Shown: positions 23,576 through 38,203, numbered from the stretch's first letter. The stretch: 64,000 nucleotides of DNA from the human T2T-CHM13v2.0 reference genome, Homo sapiens (GCF_009914755.1 NC_060932.1); one strand, 5' to 3'. The notes: generated by a model from the letters alone, not told the origin. Translations and numbers: made by a program.

Positions 23576-26500
23576 AAAAATAACTAAGAAAAAATATTTT
23601 ACTGTAAATCAGTTTTGGATTATGATGTTGTCATTTACTAACTCTGTGAACTTGGGGAAGTTTCTTTTTATGATACTTTTCTTATAAGTAAAACACTGAT
23701 TACAATGATCTATTGTACAGGGTTGCTGTGAGCTTAGATAAGATAACAAATGTAAAGCACTTGTCACATAAAAATCATTCTGTAATTGGCCCTGTCTTTC
23801 CTTCCTCTTCCTAACCTAGCTTGTCAGTAACATTTCTAGCTCCAGAAATGATCATATCCTTCTTTTTTTTCTGAGGTTCCACCCTTCCTAGACCCTTCTT
23901 CTAGTGGATAGTTGAGTGGAAGCTATGTCTCTTGACACCTAGACAAGTGCTCTCACTATCTGCCTGTTTCTGGACACAGTAAAACTCATAGCCCTGCTGG
24001 AAGCACTCGGTTGTGGGTCTACAAACTGTGGCTCCTTGAACACCTGATGAGAATTAACTGGGATATTTGCAAAAGTGCTGGCTGCTGGCTTTTGGCCTCC
24101 CTGGAAATCTATTGAATTAAATGATTCAGAGGACAGGATCTAGAAAATGAATTTTCCTGGAGATCCTGGTGCATGCTAAAATGGGGAGAAAACTGGTATG
24201 AGAAATGAGCAGAGGGCACAAAAAGATTTTCTTTTATTCTTCCCCATCTGTTCACAGCTTTTTAAAGCCTTCTCAAATATTTATGCAGTAGCCTGACTTG
24301 TTCTCCCAGTTGGGCCCCTGAAGACACTGGCTCTCTGACCAGCTCTACCCCAGGGAGGAAGCTACTTCAGGGGCCCAGGACAGGGTGGAAGCATCCATGA
24401 GTGCTGCTCACACCCCTATCTTGGGCTTTCTTTCCCAAGACAGAGCGGGTACAGCAGGGTGCTTGAACAATCCATAGCAGCAGGCACAGTGTGGAATCTC
24501 GGGACAGTGCATGAAAAAGCTATTTGAAAAACAAGCACAGCCGCTCTTGCCAAATTCTCGGGATCCACTAGAAAAAAAGAATAGTCCTTTCCCATCATTC
24601 CATAAATCATTCCACTGAAAGCCATCAAAAATGCATCCTGAAAAGACATTTTCACTAGCAGCTCAGCTAGAAGACATACATCCTGCCCCACTCAGTTTTT
24701 CTCTCCTGATAACCAAAAACAAAGTTCCAGGAACAGAGGGATAAGCTTTCTTGGAGAAAGCTGTCATTCTCCATTTTTGAGCTTTTTGCCCTGGATTCTA
24801 AATACAGCCACACCTGGCTTTCCCCAGGGGTAGATGGTTTGATCTGAGAGGCAAACATTCTGTTGAAACATGGCTTTTATTGACAGCAGTTAGTGCTGCC
24901 ACAGCCCTGTGAAGGTGGAAAGAATTGCTGGAGAGCCAGATGGGACTGGAGTTGAATCCAGGCCTCTACTCATTAGCCTTGAGATCTTGGACAAATCACT
25001 TAATATCTCTGAGCTTCAGCTGCTTGAAACAAATCATTAAAAAAAATAGACTCACAGCATAGTGACAGGACATTTGAAGTTCTCGCACATGCCCAATACC
25101 TGGCAATAGCAGTTGCTCAAGTAATACTATTTTCATATTGTTGGCCAATAGTAGAGTCTCTCATGTTGCTTAAAGAGTAGTAGGAAGTAGAAAAATGATG
25201 TGTATTCCTCTCCCTGGTGTAGGAAGCAGTAGAACTGGTTTTTGACTTAGCCTTGTCTTAGAACCATGAAGGTGTGACCTCGGTGATGCTGCTCTCCCTC
25301 TCTGAGCCTCAGTCTCTTCTTCCAGAAAGTGAAGGAACTGCAGTAGGTAATCTTGAAAGTTCTTCATTCTAACTTCAGACTTTAGGATTTCAACACTGAT
25401 AGCCCAGACCTAGCTGATAGCCCAGACCTGGTTCTCCTCCTGGAAGTCTCTGGCCCTGCTGGCTCTGCAAATATTTTCCAGGGAGATCAGTGGGCTCCTC
25501 TGTGAAACGGAGGCATCGACATCCTTGCTGATTTGCTTGGGGTTGTGGTGAAGCTTTAAAGGTGCAGCAGCTTTAGGGAAGACTCTAAAAATTAAGAAGC
25601 ACTATGTAAGTGATGCAGGATGGTTGCTTTTGTCTCTTGTGCCTGGGTTCTTTCTTCCCAGAGCTGAGTACTGGGCGGGGTACTGGAGGCTAGGAAGGCA
25701 AGCCTGGTGTGAGGGCTGCACACAGACCCTGTCACCTGGGTGTTCTGGCCGCGAATGGCTCTGCTCTGCTCTTCTCTTGGGGCCACTCCAAAGAAGTAGT
25801 GACAGGCAGGAGGAACAAGAAGAAGGACAAGAAAAAAGAAAAAGTTTCAAGATGGGATTAGAACAAAGGCGGAAAGAGTAGAAGTGGGGAGGAGGAGACT
25901 AACAGGAGCTAAGGAAGAGGAAAGGTAAAATGATTCCCATTACTCTCTCTTAATTTTGCCCAGGCATCAGCAAAACCATCATCAGCAGATCAGAACACCT
26001 CACTATGACCTCTTAGCTTGATTTAAAAAATAATTCCTAGCCAAACTGCAGTGCCTAAATCTATAGCAAATGTCAGCAGCCAGGCCTGAAGCCAGAGCTG
26101 TGATCTCCCTCATGTCAATAAATCCTTGAAGTTCCTTCTCCCTTGGAAGCTGGGGTTTCTTCTGATGCCGCTGCTTTCTACCCCAGGCTGCCCTTTCATG
26201 AGTAATTTCTTTTAACCCGAGGATCACAGCTGTGAGCCATAATGAAAAGATTTCTTCTCGACTGACACTGTGGAGAAGCCGCTGTGCCAGCAGAAGAAAG
26301 CTAGGAAAAAATACAATGAAATCCAATGGCCGACCCACGGCCGGGTGAAGGTAGAGCAGCGGACTGGGGAGGCCTGGCTGTCGTGCGTGCCACCACTCCA
26401 AACAGAGAGATCTTGCAGGTGGTCCAGGAGACACATAGGCTCAGGTCAGTGCTGTCTTATGTCTGCTGGGACTGCAGAGATGCCAGGGACAAGAGGGGCT

Positions 26501-26640
26501 GCCTTGACACAAGGAGAGGCAGTAGAAAGTACTGCCAGCTTTTTCCTGCTAGTTCTTCTTTCTCAGAGTCCCTGCCTTCCACTCTCAAATGGAGGAAATA
26601 ATACTGAAGTTCATCTCGGTTATTTACACTTGAGATTTGT

Positions 26641-26938
26641 TTTTCTTTTTTTTCTGAGATGGAGTCTCACTCTGTCACCGAAGCTGGAATCCAGTGGCAG
26701 GATCTCGGCTCACTGCAACTTCCACCTCTTGGGTTCAAGTGATTCTCCTGCCTCAGCCTCCCGACTAGCTGGGATTACAGGTGTCTGCAAGCACGCCCGG
26801 CTAATTTTTTGTATTTTCAGTAGAGACAGGGTTTCACCATGTTGGCCAGGCTGGTCTCAAATGCCTGACCTCAGGTCATCCACCCGTCTAGGCTTCCCAA
26901 AGTGCTGGGATTACAGGCATGAGCCACCGCACCCAGCG
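26641..26938 (-). mobile_element. AluS-like
   Basis: Antisense dimeric Alu; TSD gagatttgt (26632-26640) and gagacttct (26939-26947). Confidence 0.95.
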
Positions 26939-27318
26939 GAGACTTCTATTTTTTATAGGAAAAAGTTGTGCATTCAGATGTTTGCAGGAAGCTCTATCCA
27001 TGGCCTTGGGACCTCAGGAGAAGAGAAGCCATGTAGATTTTCAGCCTTGAGCAGCACAGTTCAGACATGGAGGGGAGGGCTTTGTGCTGTCCCCTCAGCC
27101 TCTGTCCACACTCACATCAGGGATAGAAAGCGGAGGCAGGCTCTTCATGGGAGCTTTGAACAGTCCTCATCTCATCTTGCTCCTGAATGGCGTAGCTCTG
27201 AGGTCGTGAACTGTCCCTTGTTTTGACAAAGTGTGTGCTGCACGGAGAGGGAGAGAACATGGGCATACAAATTCAGCTTGGAATGAACATTTCACTTTGG
27301 GTGGTGGGGCCGAAATGG

Positions 27319-27697
27319 GTGACAGCGCATTTGAAGTTCCTGTGTATGCCCAATGCCTGGCATTAGCAGTTGCTCAAGTAATGCTATTTTCATATTGTTG
27401 GCCAATAGTGAAGTCTCCCATGTTGCTTAAACAGTAATAGGAAATAGAAAAATTCCTCTTGGCACCTGGGTTTGCATGGCATGGATGTATGGGCATGTGT
27501 GTGCACACATGTGCCTAGAAACACTTCTTCAACATGGCAAGACTTCATTATTACGCAGCTTCATTAGTCCTTCTCCATTCTTGAGATTCAAGCTGACCTG
27601 GTTCCAGCTTCTCAGAGCCCCTTCCTTCCACCCCCAAATGGAGGGACTAATACTGAAGTTCATCTCTTATTTACACTTGAGATTTCTATTTTTTATA
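27319..27697 (+). repeat. Mosaic local duplication of three nearby segments
   Basis: 27319-27453 matches 25062-25196; 27453-27567 matches 28553-28671; ~27609-27697 matches 26560-26640 plus 26948-26957. Confidence 0.88.
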
Positions 27698-29635
27698 ACA
27701 GCCTGTCAATCCAGGTTGGATTAATACCCTTTGAATATGTTTTGGGGCATGTCTCACCAACACAGATGAAAATTTACTTCGGTTCTACAATTGAACTTCC
27801 CCCAGGGATGCTGTTTGCACATTATTTAGGCAGCTCTGTACTTCTTGATGTAATAACATGTTCCTAAAAAGTTGTATAAAACGAGAATTTTGGCAAATAG
27901 GATCATATTTTAATGTAATGGGAGTGTTTGTTGCTCATGGGAATTCTATGGTGAATCATTTTATGAAATAGAGAGTCCTTTTTTTTTAAACACTAATAGC
28001 CATTCTCAATTTATCTTTTTGTTCTTCCATGTGGTTTTCCACAAACCATATTTTCTGGAATCGAGCCCCTCCTATAAATGCTAATGGCCAGCTTCAACTT
28101 GTTCCTAAATGGCTAAGGTAGAGTAGTGACAAATTAGTCAGTAGCTGACCTCACTCCAGGTGTGTGCTACCTAAGACAGAGCCCTGGACAGAGATTTCAG
28201 GCACCTCTTCTAAGTCTCTTCTTGTAACTGCCATGAATTAGCAGTGTGGCCTTGAAAAAATCACTAGCTACTGTTCTGTTTTCTGAATAAAAAGCTTGGG
28301 GTTAGAGTGTGTATCATACAGAAACTATTTTGTATATCATTTTACTAACTCGGAATGCTATGTGTTTCCTTGCTTGTATGGGTTGGGGGAAATAAGAGAT
28401 GCTGACACATCCAAACTCAGAGGGAATCTCTTCTTTATATTCTCTTCTTTCTGCCACAGAGCATAAGCAGATATTAATGGACTGTGAGTGTCAGGGATGA
28501 GGGATGGTCCCCTCTGACTTCGGAGTTCAGCCCAGCTTAGGGTGCCATTAGCTTCCTGCTGGCACTTGGCTTTGCACAGCAGGTGTGTGTGTATATGTGC
28601 ATGCACACATGTGCTTAGAAACCCTTCTTCCCCCATCACAGCAGCACTTCATTATACCACAGCTTCCTTAGCAGGATGTTAGGATTCTGGGTTGAAGGCT
28701 CTCCTTCAAAATCATCCTCTTAATTTGCAGAAGCAGCAGCAAGGAGACTCTTAAGGTTCCGAAAACTAACAGAAGCTGAAGTGATGAAACAGAGGTGACA
28801 GGGGCTGGGAGAGTGATGGGGAGGAACACACACTTCATTCTACCCAGAGGTCCAGCCTCATGAGGGGATTCTTGCTGTAAAGGGTTTGAGCACCTGGTAT
28901 TTATTTGAAGCATTGTGGATTTATTGAGTGTTTCTAGAAAATAAGAAGAAAAGGCTCAGTTGCACTAGTGAAACCAGCGTGATGGAGAGAAATGAAGCTT
29001 TCTGGGCAGAGGGAGTGAAGAAGAGCCATGGGATGGCAGAGGATGGTGGGAAGGCTGGAAGGAGTGGCTTCTCAAGAAAAGGGACCTAAAGGGAAGGAGG
29101 TGGGAGGAAGACGAGGTGAAGAAGGAATTGAAGGATGGGGGAGGAAGAGGGGCAGGGACTGGACAGGACCACAGTTGAAGGGAAACAACATTACACAGGC
29201 CAGAGGAACTGAGATGGAAGACTCACGAATGAGTGGAGGAAGAGGTCTTGCCAGCCTTCTGAGTCACCGGTGGCTGAAGTGGACACAAGAAAGAGTCCAC
29301 CAATCCAAGAGGACAGGTTTTTTCCTTCATCTTATCAATAATACCAGCGAGATGAGATGTGGTTGTGGGGGGTGTAAAAACTTGCCGATCATCCCTGTGG
29401 CTTTCTCCAGGCAGTTATGCTGGGGTGAGGTCTGCTCCCCCAGCTGTACCTACGTGTCACCATCTGTAGGTGTGTGCATTTCATAGCAATGGATTCATTT
29501 GCACCGATATCGGCATGTCCTGGAAGGGCCAAGAATTGGGAGAGAAATGACTCACTGCACCTCCTCAGCTTCAAGCTCTAGTGCCTTCTACTAACTGTGG
29601 AACTTTTGTTTTATCAGAAGAAAGTGGAAGAAATA

Positions 29636-29967
29636 TTTTTTAAAACTTTTAGGTTCAAGGGTACATGTGAAGGTTTGTTACATAGGCAAACCCACATCAT
29701 GCAGGTTTGTTGTACAAATTATTTCATCATCCAGGTATTAAGCCCAGTACCCAGTAGTTATCTTTTCTGCTCCTCTCCCTCCTCCCACCTTTCACCCTCA
29801 AGTAGACCCCAGTGTCTGTCGTTTCCTTCTTTTTGTTCCTGAGTTCTCATTATTTAGCTCCCACTTATAAATAAGAACATGCGGTATTTGGTTTTCTGTT
29901 CCTACCTTAGTTTGCTAAGGATAATAGCCTCCAGCTCCAACCACGTTCCTGCAAAAGACATGATTTT
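29636..29967 (-). mobile_element. L1PA15/16-like 3' fragment
   Basis: 'gggtacatgtgaaggtttgttacatagg...tttagctcccacttataa...gcaaaagacatgattt'. Confidence 0.9.
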
Positions 29968-32204
29968 GTAAGAGAAAAGAAGAAAAAGAAGAGATAACAT
30001 CTTGTCTGCCACAGCTGAGAGTCCCAAGTTCTGTTTCCTTCCCCTCTTGTTGGAAATAGCCAAAGGCTCCTAGGAAGAGAAGGGCTAGGGTAAGAAGCAA
30101 AAAAAAAGGTTATCTGTAGGAGACATTTTGAGGGCTTTCTGGGGAATGTAGGACAAAATGAAACAGGAAGCCAGAAGGAGGTGAACTTTGTCCGTTTTCT
30201 CCCTTAACTTGGGACTCCGCTGTGGCAGCGATGAGGCTTTTAGGTGGTTTTTCTGTGAGTGGCCTCTCTCCAAGACAGGGAAGGATATGGGAGGTGCTCT
30301 TTGGGGAGTGTGCCTGACACACAGGTTTGTGAATAAAGATAAATCTGCATCTGGGGCTCCCGGAAATTTTTGAGGATAGGTTTAGAATTTCCATGGAGGA
30401 AGAAGAACAGGAACTACAAATTACTGATTTATTGTTACTTTATTTCTATCTGCAAGTCAGTGAGACCTTGGTGACATTTGAACTACTCATTCACTAACAA
30501 ACTATTAGAAATTCATGAGTTGTGACTTTTGATTGCTCTTTTTTTTTTTTTTTCTCCCAAAGATAGTCTTTTGACTAAGGACTATTCTGTACCTTTGTTA
30601 TGGGCTGTTAGCCAATGAATGCTGCTCATATTCCAGGCAGGTATTCAGGCATCCACATCTCACACGTCAACCCAGCAGCAGCCTTGACAAATATGTTCAC
30701 GCCCTGACATCTCTGATTGAGGCCAAAGATCTTAATTAAGCAAAAAGATAAGTAGAAGAAAATGTACACCAAGGCATTGCCAATGAATTGGTGAATTCTC
30801 CAAAGTTGTGGACATTAGGCAGCTACTGTTGGAAGTTTAACACAAGTAGTCACAGATGTGACTCCATCCATCCATATATATTTACTAAATATTTACTGTA
30901 TGCAGTACTGTGCTAGGCTCTACAGAAGAGCAAACAAAATATGAAGTATTGTCCTTGACCTCAAAATTTGCTAATGTAACTTCATTTTGTAAAGAAGAGT
31001 CTAAAAAATAACCCATTTATGGTCCTGTAGATTCCCTGACACCTATTATGTAAGTAATATTTCTTTTTGTTTCATGAGAGTGATATGGTATCAACAAACC
31101 CAAACTGTTGTTTCTTTTTTCCAAGTTGGTCTCATTAAGATTCATAGAGTCCTTTCCAGAATATATTATATATAATGAAACAAGGAGAAAGAATACGTAA
31201 AGTTTGCAAAATTCCTGGGAGAAATCTCTCTCGGTCCACATTATTTTTACTTCCTACTTCGTATTTATATTGGAGAATAACGACAATTTTGTGCCCCAAA
31301 CAGGGTAAGAAAGTTGGTGGTTGGTTGTTGCCACTGGCCTACGGCTTTTGTCCAGAGAAGACGGGAATGGGGGTCCAGTTACCCAACCCCTTCAGAACAG
31401 ATGGTTTCTCATGCCCATGGACCTTGGTTACGGAGTGTGAACAGGATTCTCCTAAATATTTCAACTTCGGAAGACCGGATTGAAAGTCATCTCAATTAAG
31501 CAAGGACTGAGAGTGTGCAAATATTATTTGAACGTTGGTTAACTTTTCCTTAAATGGAAATGAATGAGCAGTAAAGTCACTTTGATGAATCTTATACAGA
31601 GCCTCTGTCCCAGAGTCCTGAAACTTCACCTGATGGTCATAAAGAATCAAAGTAAGTCCTTTGCGAGGCTGCGTTGTGTTGGGGTGGGTGGGTGAAGGGT
31701 CCTTTCAAATTCTGTAGATCCCAGTACATTGCATCTACAGGGTATGTGTTTAAATGAGGGGTAGTTGACCCACATAACTCCCCACCCTCCTGCCTCATGG
31801 TTAGAATGTATGTTCATTGGGGATTCTGCATACATTTTCATCACATATCTACTTTTCTGGCTTTTAAGTAATATCCTCTCCTTTGTTTTTGCCAACAGTG
31901 TTCATGAATAGTGAATGTAGGAAAGCATTATCATTGCTATGTTTTATTTTCACACTGTATCTCAGTATCAGCCCATACTTTCAATGTACTAACAACTGTC
32001 ACTGAGGCAAAAAGTTTTAATTAAGCTCACACATGATTATTTTCCAGCAAACAGAGCCTAATTGATGAAATTGCTAACTGTACTTCCAGGTGCAGTCAGT
32101 AGCCAGTAGTGCATTGTTAGTATGCAATATGGCATGGGCTGTTACATGGTGTGATACTAGATTATATATTTACTATGAACGTATGTATTGTTCTTTAATG
32201 ACAT

Positions 32205-33258
32205 CTATTTGTTCATTCCAAAAATATTTATTGAGCACGGACTCTGTGCCAGTTATTAGTTAGAGTAATAATAGCTGCTGTGGCAAATGAATTTCCTCAC
32301 CTAAGAAAAATAAAAGTTAATTATTTTTTCTCCACATAAAGGTCTAGAATGTTCTGCCGCATGCCTTCCATGTCATGATTCAGGGACCCAGGCTCCTTCC
32401 ATCTTGTGGCTGCCCCATCCACTAGGTTCTCAGACTCTTTCATTTCCAACTGGTGGTTGTTGAAAGAGAGGGTGATGAAGGTGTACCCCACTTACATCTT
32501 ACCCACTTTCACCTAGAAGTGGCACATATCACTTTTATTGACGTTTCATTAGCAAGAATTGTCCTGCAACACACTTGGAGGAAGGCAGCTGGGAAATGCT
32601 GTCCCTGGCTGTGCACAGGGACATATGTATTTTATGTATTTTATGAGACTCTTTGCAGGATAGCTGGCTATCTCTGCCACAGCTGGCCATGTCTGCCATG
32701 GCTAGACATCATTTCAGGCTCTAGGGAAATAGCAGTGAAGAGAAACAGACAAAAATATCTGACCTCATGGAGCATAAATTCTTGAATTAAAATTCTTAAA
32801 TTCTTCATGGGATGAGACAGACAATAACCAGGCTAAATCAGTATGTTGCAAAGCAGTGAGAGCTGCTAAAACTAAGCAGAAAAAGGGGTACAAAGCATGA
32901 GAGAGAAGGATTTGAGATGAGATAGTGTGGTCATAGAAAGCCACACTTTCTATCAGCATGAGAGAAAAGCTAAAGCAGGAAAAGGGGTAGAAAGCATGAG
33001 AGAAAGGTTTGAGATGAGTTAGTGTGCTCATAGAAAGCGTCTTGAAAGAAATGATATTTTAAGTAAAGAATCAGAGAGCATAAGGTGTCCAACTAGGTGA
33101 ATATCTAAAGCAAAAACATTCCAGATGGAGAGAATAGCAGGTAAAAGGACTCTGAAGCTGGTGAAGATAATAAGGGTGAGAATAATAGAAGGTGAGATCG
33201 GAGAGGCAATCGTCAGGCCAGACTGTGTCGGGCCATTTAGGTCATAGTAAAAATCTGG
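32205..33258 (-). mobile_element. L2 3' end containing an LTR33-like insertion (~32256-32682)
   Basis: 'ttcattccaaaaatattttattgagcac'; internal 'cagggacccaggctccttccatcttgtggct'. Confidence 0.65.
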
Positions 33259-33259
33259 G

Positions 33260-35495
33260 CTTTTTTTTTTGTTTTTTTTTTTGTTTTTGTAACTAACTTT
33301 ATTGAACTATGATTTTCATAAAATATACCCATTCGGTAGGTTTTAAAAAATGTAGACATGAAGACATTCATATAATCACCACTACAATAAAAATATAGAA
33401 CATTTTTATCATCCCCTAAAAGTATCCCTATTTATAGTTCATACCTGGCCCCAAGCAATCACTGATATGCCATCACAGATTAGTTTGTTTTTTCTAGGAT
33501 TTCATACAAATGGAAAGGAACAGTATGTACTCTTCTGTGTCTGTATTCTGTCACTCAACATAATGCTTTTGAGATTCATTCATATTGTTGTCAGTATCAC
33601 TACTTTATTTCTATTTACTGCCATTATATGAATTCTATTATGTGGATATACCATAATTTATTTAATCTTTCACCTACTGAGAGGCATTTGAGTTGTTGAT
33701 AATTTGGGGCTGCTATGAATAAATCTGCTATGAACATAATGTGCAGTTCTTTTTTGTGGACATATATTTTCAGTTTTCTTACATCCAGGAGTGGAATTGC
33801 TGGAAACCATAAGGTAAGTATTGGTTTAAGTTTAAAGAAACTGTCACTGTTTTCCACAGTGGTCATGGCTTTTCACACGTCCACCAGCAATGAATGTGAG
33901 TTCCAGTTGTTCCATATCCTCACCAACCCTTGTTGTTGGCAGTCTTTTAAATTTAAACCGTACTAGTGGGTGTAGAGTAATATATTATTGTAGTCTTAGT
34001 TTGCATTAATCTAATGACCGTGAATGTTGAACACCATTTCACATGCTTTTGATCATTTATACAACTTCTTTTGTTAAGTGTTCAAATCTTTTGCTTGTTA
34101 AAATAATTTTTTTGTCCTATTGAGTTGAAATAATGTTAAAAATATTTTCTTGATGTAAGTCCTTTGTCAGATCTATGCAGTCCATGAATTATTTTCTCCT
34201 AGCCTGTGGCTTGCCTTTTCTCTTTCCTAATAGTACCTTTCAAAGAGTATATGGTCTTAGTTTTGATGAAGTAAAATGTATTTTATTTTTTGCATAGTTA
34301 ATGCTTTTTGTGTTCTAAAGAATCTTTGCTTAGATGTTAAAGATTCTCAAGTTCTAAAGACTTCCTTTTGTTTTCTTCTAGAATTTAATTTTTATTTATT
34401 TTTTTTAGTTCTAGATTTAACCTTTAGGTTTGTTATCTATTTCAACTTAATTTTAGCATATAGTGTGAATTGAGGGTTAACATATATTTATTTATTTATT
34501 TTTTACAATGCAGTTATCTAGTTGTTTTAGCACAGTGTATCAAAAGAACTATTGAATTACCTTTTTGAATTACCGTGGCAGCCTTCTTGAAAATCAATTT
34601 ACCTTACGGTAAATATGGTAAATTTGTAACTCTATTTCTGGACTCTCTATTCTGTTCTACTCATCTATAAAGCATTTTTTCACCTATACCACATTGTCTT
34701 GATTACTCTTGCTTTATTGTGAGTCCTGAAATCAAATAGTTTAAGCTTTTCAAGTCTATCCCCTTTTTTGAAAATTGATTTACTATTTGGTTCTTTGGAG
34801 GTTGTTAATTTCTTTTTTTTTCTTTTTTTTTTTTTTTTTTTTTGAGATGGAGGCTTGCTCTGTCGCTGAGGCTGGAGTGCAGTGGCGCTATCTCGGCTCA
34901 CTGCAAGCTCTGCCTCCCGGGTTCACACCATTTTCCTGCCTCAGCCTCCTGAGTGGTTGGGACTACAGGTGCTCACCACCACGCCCGGCTAATTTTTTGT
35001 ATTTTTAGTAGAGACAGGCTTTCACCGCATTAGCCAGGATGGTTTCGATCTCCGGACCTCAGGATCCGCCCACCTCGGCCTCCCAAAGTGCTGGGATTAC
35101 AGGTGTGAGCCACCGTCCCCGGCCTGGAGGTTGTTAATTTCTACCAAGAAGTCTTCTCAGCTTTTAACAGAAGTTGCATTGAATACATAGATCATCTTGG
35201 GGGAAAATTAACGTTTTAACAATATGGATCTTTCCAACTGTGAGTACTATACTCTCTATTTATTTAAGCCTTCTAAATTTCTCCCAGCAGTATTTTGTAG
35301 TTTTTGGTGTATAAATCTTGTATACATTTTGTTAAATTTGTACCTATGTGTGCCATATTTTTGGAGCTACTATAAATAGTATTTTTAAAAATTTTATTTT
35401 CTAATTGTTCATTGCTGTCATATAGAAAAAATTTGATTTTTGAATATTGCTTCTGTATACTGCACTCTTGCTCAATTCACTTATTAGTACAATTA
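33260..35495 (-). mobile_element. L1MB/L1M 3' portion, interrupted by AluY
   Basis: Poly-T head, 'tttgagattcattcatattgttg', 'gctgctatgaataaatctgctatgaacat'; decayed L1 ORF2-like peptides in the ORF track (33624-33866). Confidence 0.88.
34814..35124 (-). mobile_element. AluY-like
   Basis: 'ctgcaagctc...gggttcacaccatt'; perfect 18-bp TSD tggaggttgttaatttct at 34796-34813 and 35125-35142. Confidence 0.95.
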
Positions 35496-35499
35496 GCTT

Positions 35500-36720
<1,221 letters not shown>

Positions 36721-38203
36721 ATTGAATTAAGTTAGGTTAGTTTATTGTTGTAAAACATTTAGAACAGTGCCTAGCCTACAGTAAGTATGATGTAATTCTT
36801 TGTTAATTAGGTGCTTTTTCTGTTTTCCCAGAATCCGATCATAGAATGATGATTGGATATAGATTTTCACCTTTGATGCTTGAGTTTATAGCCTGGAGCT
36901 ACAACCAACACCTGAGTTTGGCTTATTGCTTGGTGTTACCTGTGAAGAACTGTGATCTTGTTGGGTAACTGCTGCATGTGGATCTCTGTTCTACAGATAG
37001 CATAAACAGTCTATAAATAGTGTAGATAGGTAATAAATAGTGTAGTAGCCTTCCTTCTTACAAGGCTTCTACACTATTTATTCATGGAATGATAGAAGCC
37101 CTTCCTCTTCTCTAAATGATGAAGGCCTAGAGGCATGGGCCTATTGTTTTGTGGCCAAGTGCACAGACAGGCTTATTAGTATTATGAATAGGTAATCTAA
37201 GCTAATATATATACACTCAGCATTTACCAAGTAAAGCATGTTATGCTAAGTGCTTTCTATTATTTTCTTTGGAACACTCAAAAGCCTTGTGTGCGTGGTC
37301 TTAGAAACATTCTATATTTGTGGAAACTCAACTCAACCTGCACCAAGCCACTTGATAAAATTAGATACCAGGTTTCTGTCCTCTAATTGTGCTCTTCTGC
37401 TCCACCTGCTCCCACTGCCTCTATTGTCAGCTATCACTGAGCAGTGGACAGGAGCACTGGGCTATCAGGTGACACCGGATCTTGTGCCAGCACTACAAAT
37501 CATGGACTGATTGAACTTGGGAAGTGACTCACCTCTTGGGGGATTTTTCATCTGCATTCTGTGAACTCAGATGATCCATACCATTTCTTCCAGCTCTAAC
37601 ATTCTGAGATTTTAATATTTCCATGGCTGTCATGTTCACTCCCCACATTTTTTAAGTATCTAGGTCAGGGCCTCCCCAGGTGAAGGGGTGATTACAGGTT
37701 TAATCAGGGCAAATCCTGAGGCAGCTCTGGACAGCGTGAAGCCACCACCTATTGCTTTATCTCTGTGCCTTTCCCACGGGTTACCAGCAGAATTAAATAT
37801 CTGACACGCCCCCAGCCTGGGCTCCAGGAAGAGCCACGAGACAACCTGCTAGGTCCAAGCCACAAGCTCCTCTCGTTCCTAGAACACTTGTCCAATGGCC
37901 TGACGGGCTAGTTTTAGTGCCTGGTATTTATTATCTTCGCAGAACCTTGGCCGGGAGCCGGGAGCCTGGAGCCTGGACGTGCGGGGTTGAGTGATTAGAC
38001 ATGGGGCTCTCATACATCTAACTTTAAAAAATCTCAATTACATCAGAAAAAGGGTCCAGGGTAACAGATGGGGTCCTGGGGACGATCGTGTAAATAACAA
38101 ACGAGTGCACTTGCCGTGATGCATGGCTGGTCCCAGGGAGCAGGAGGAGCTGGAGCTGGCATCTGGGCATGCTCCCCAGCTGGGGCGCCCAGAGGCAGAA
38201 CAT

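Noticed and set aside
26270-27226. Longest ORF (318 aa)
   Set aside because: Non-ATG start, the middle third is antisense Alu translation, and no recognisable domain.
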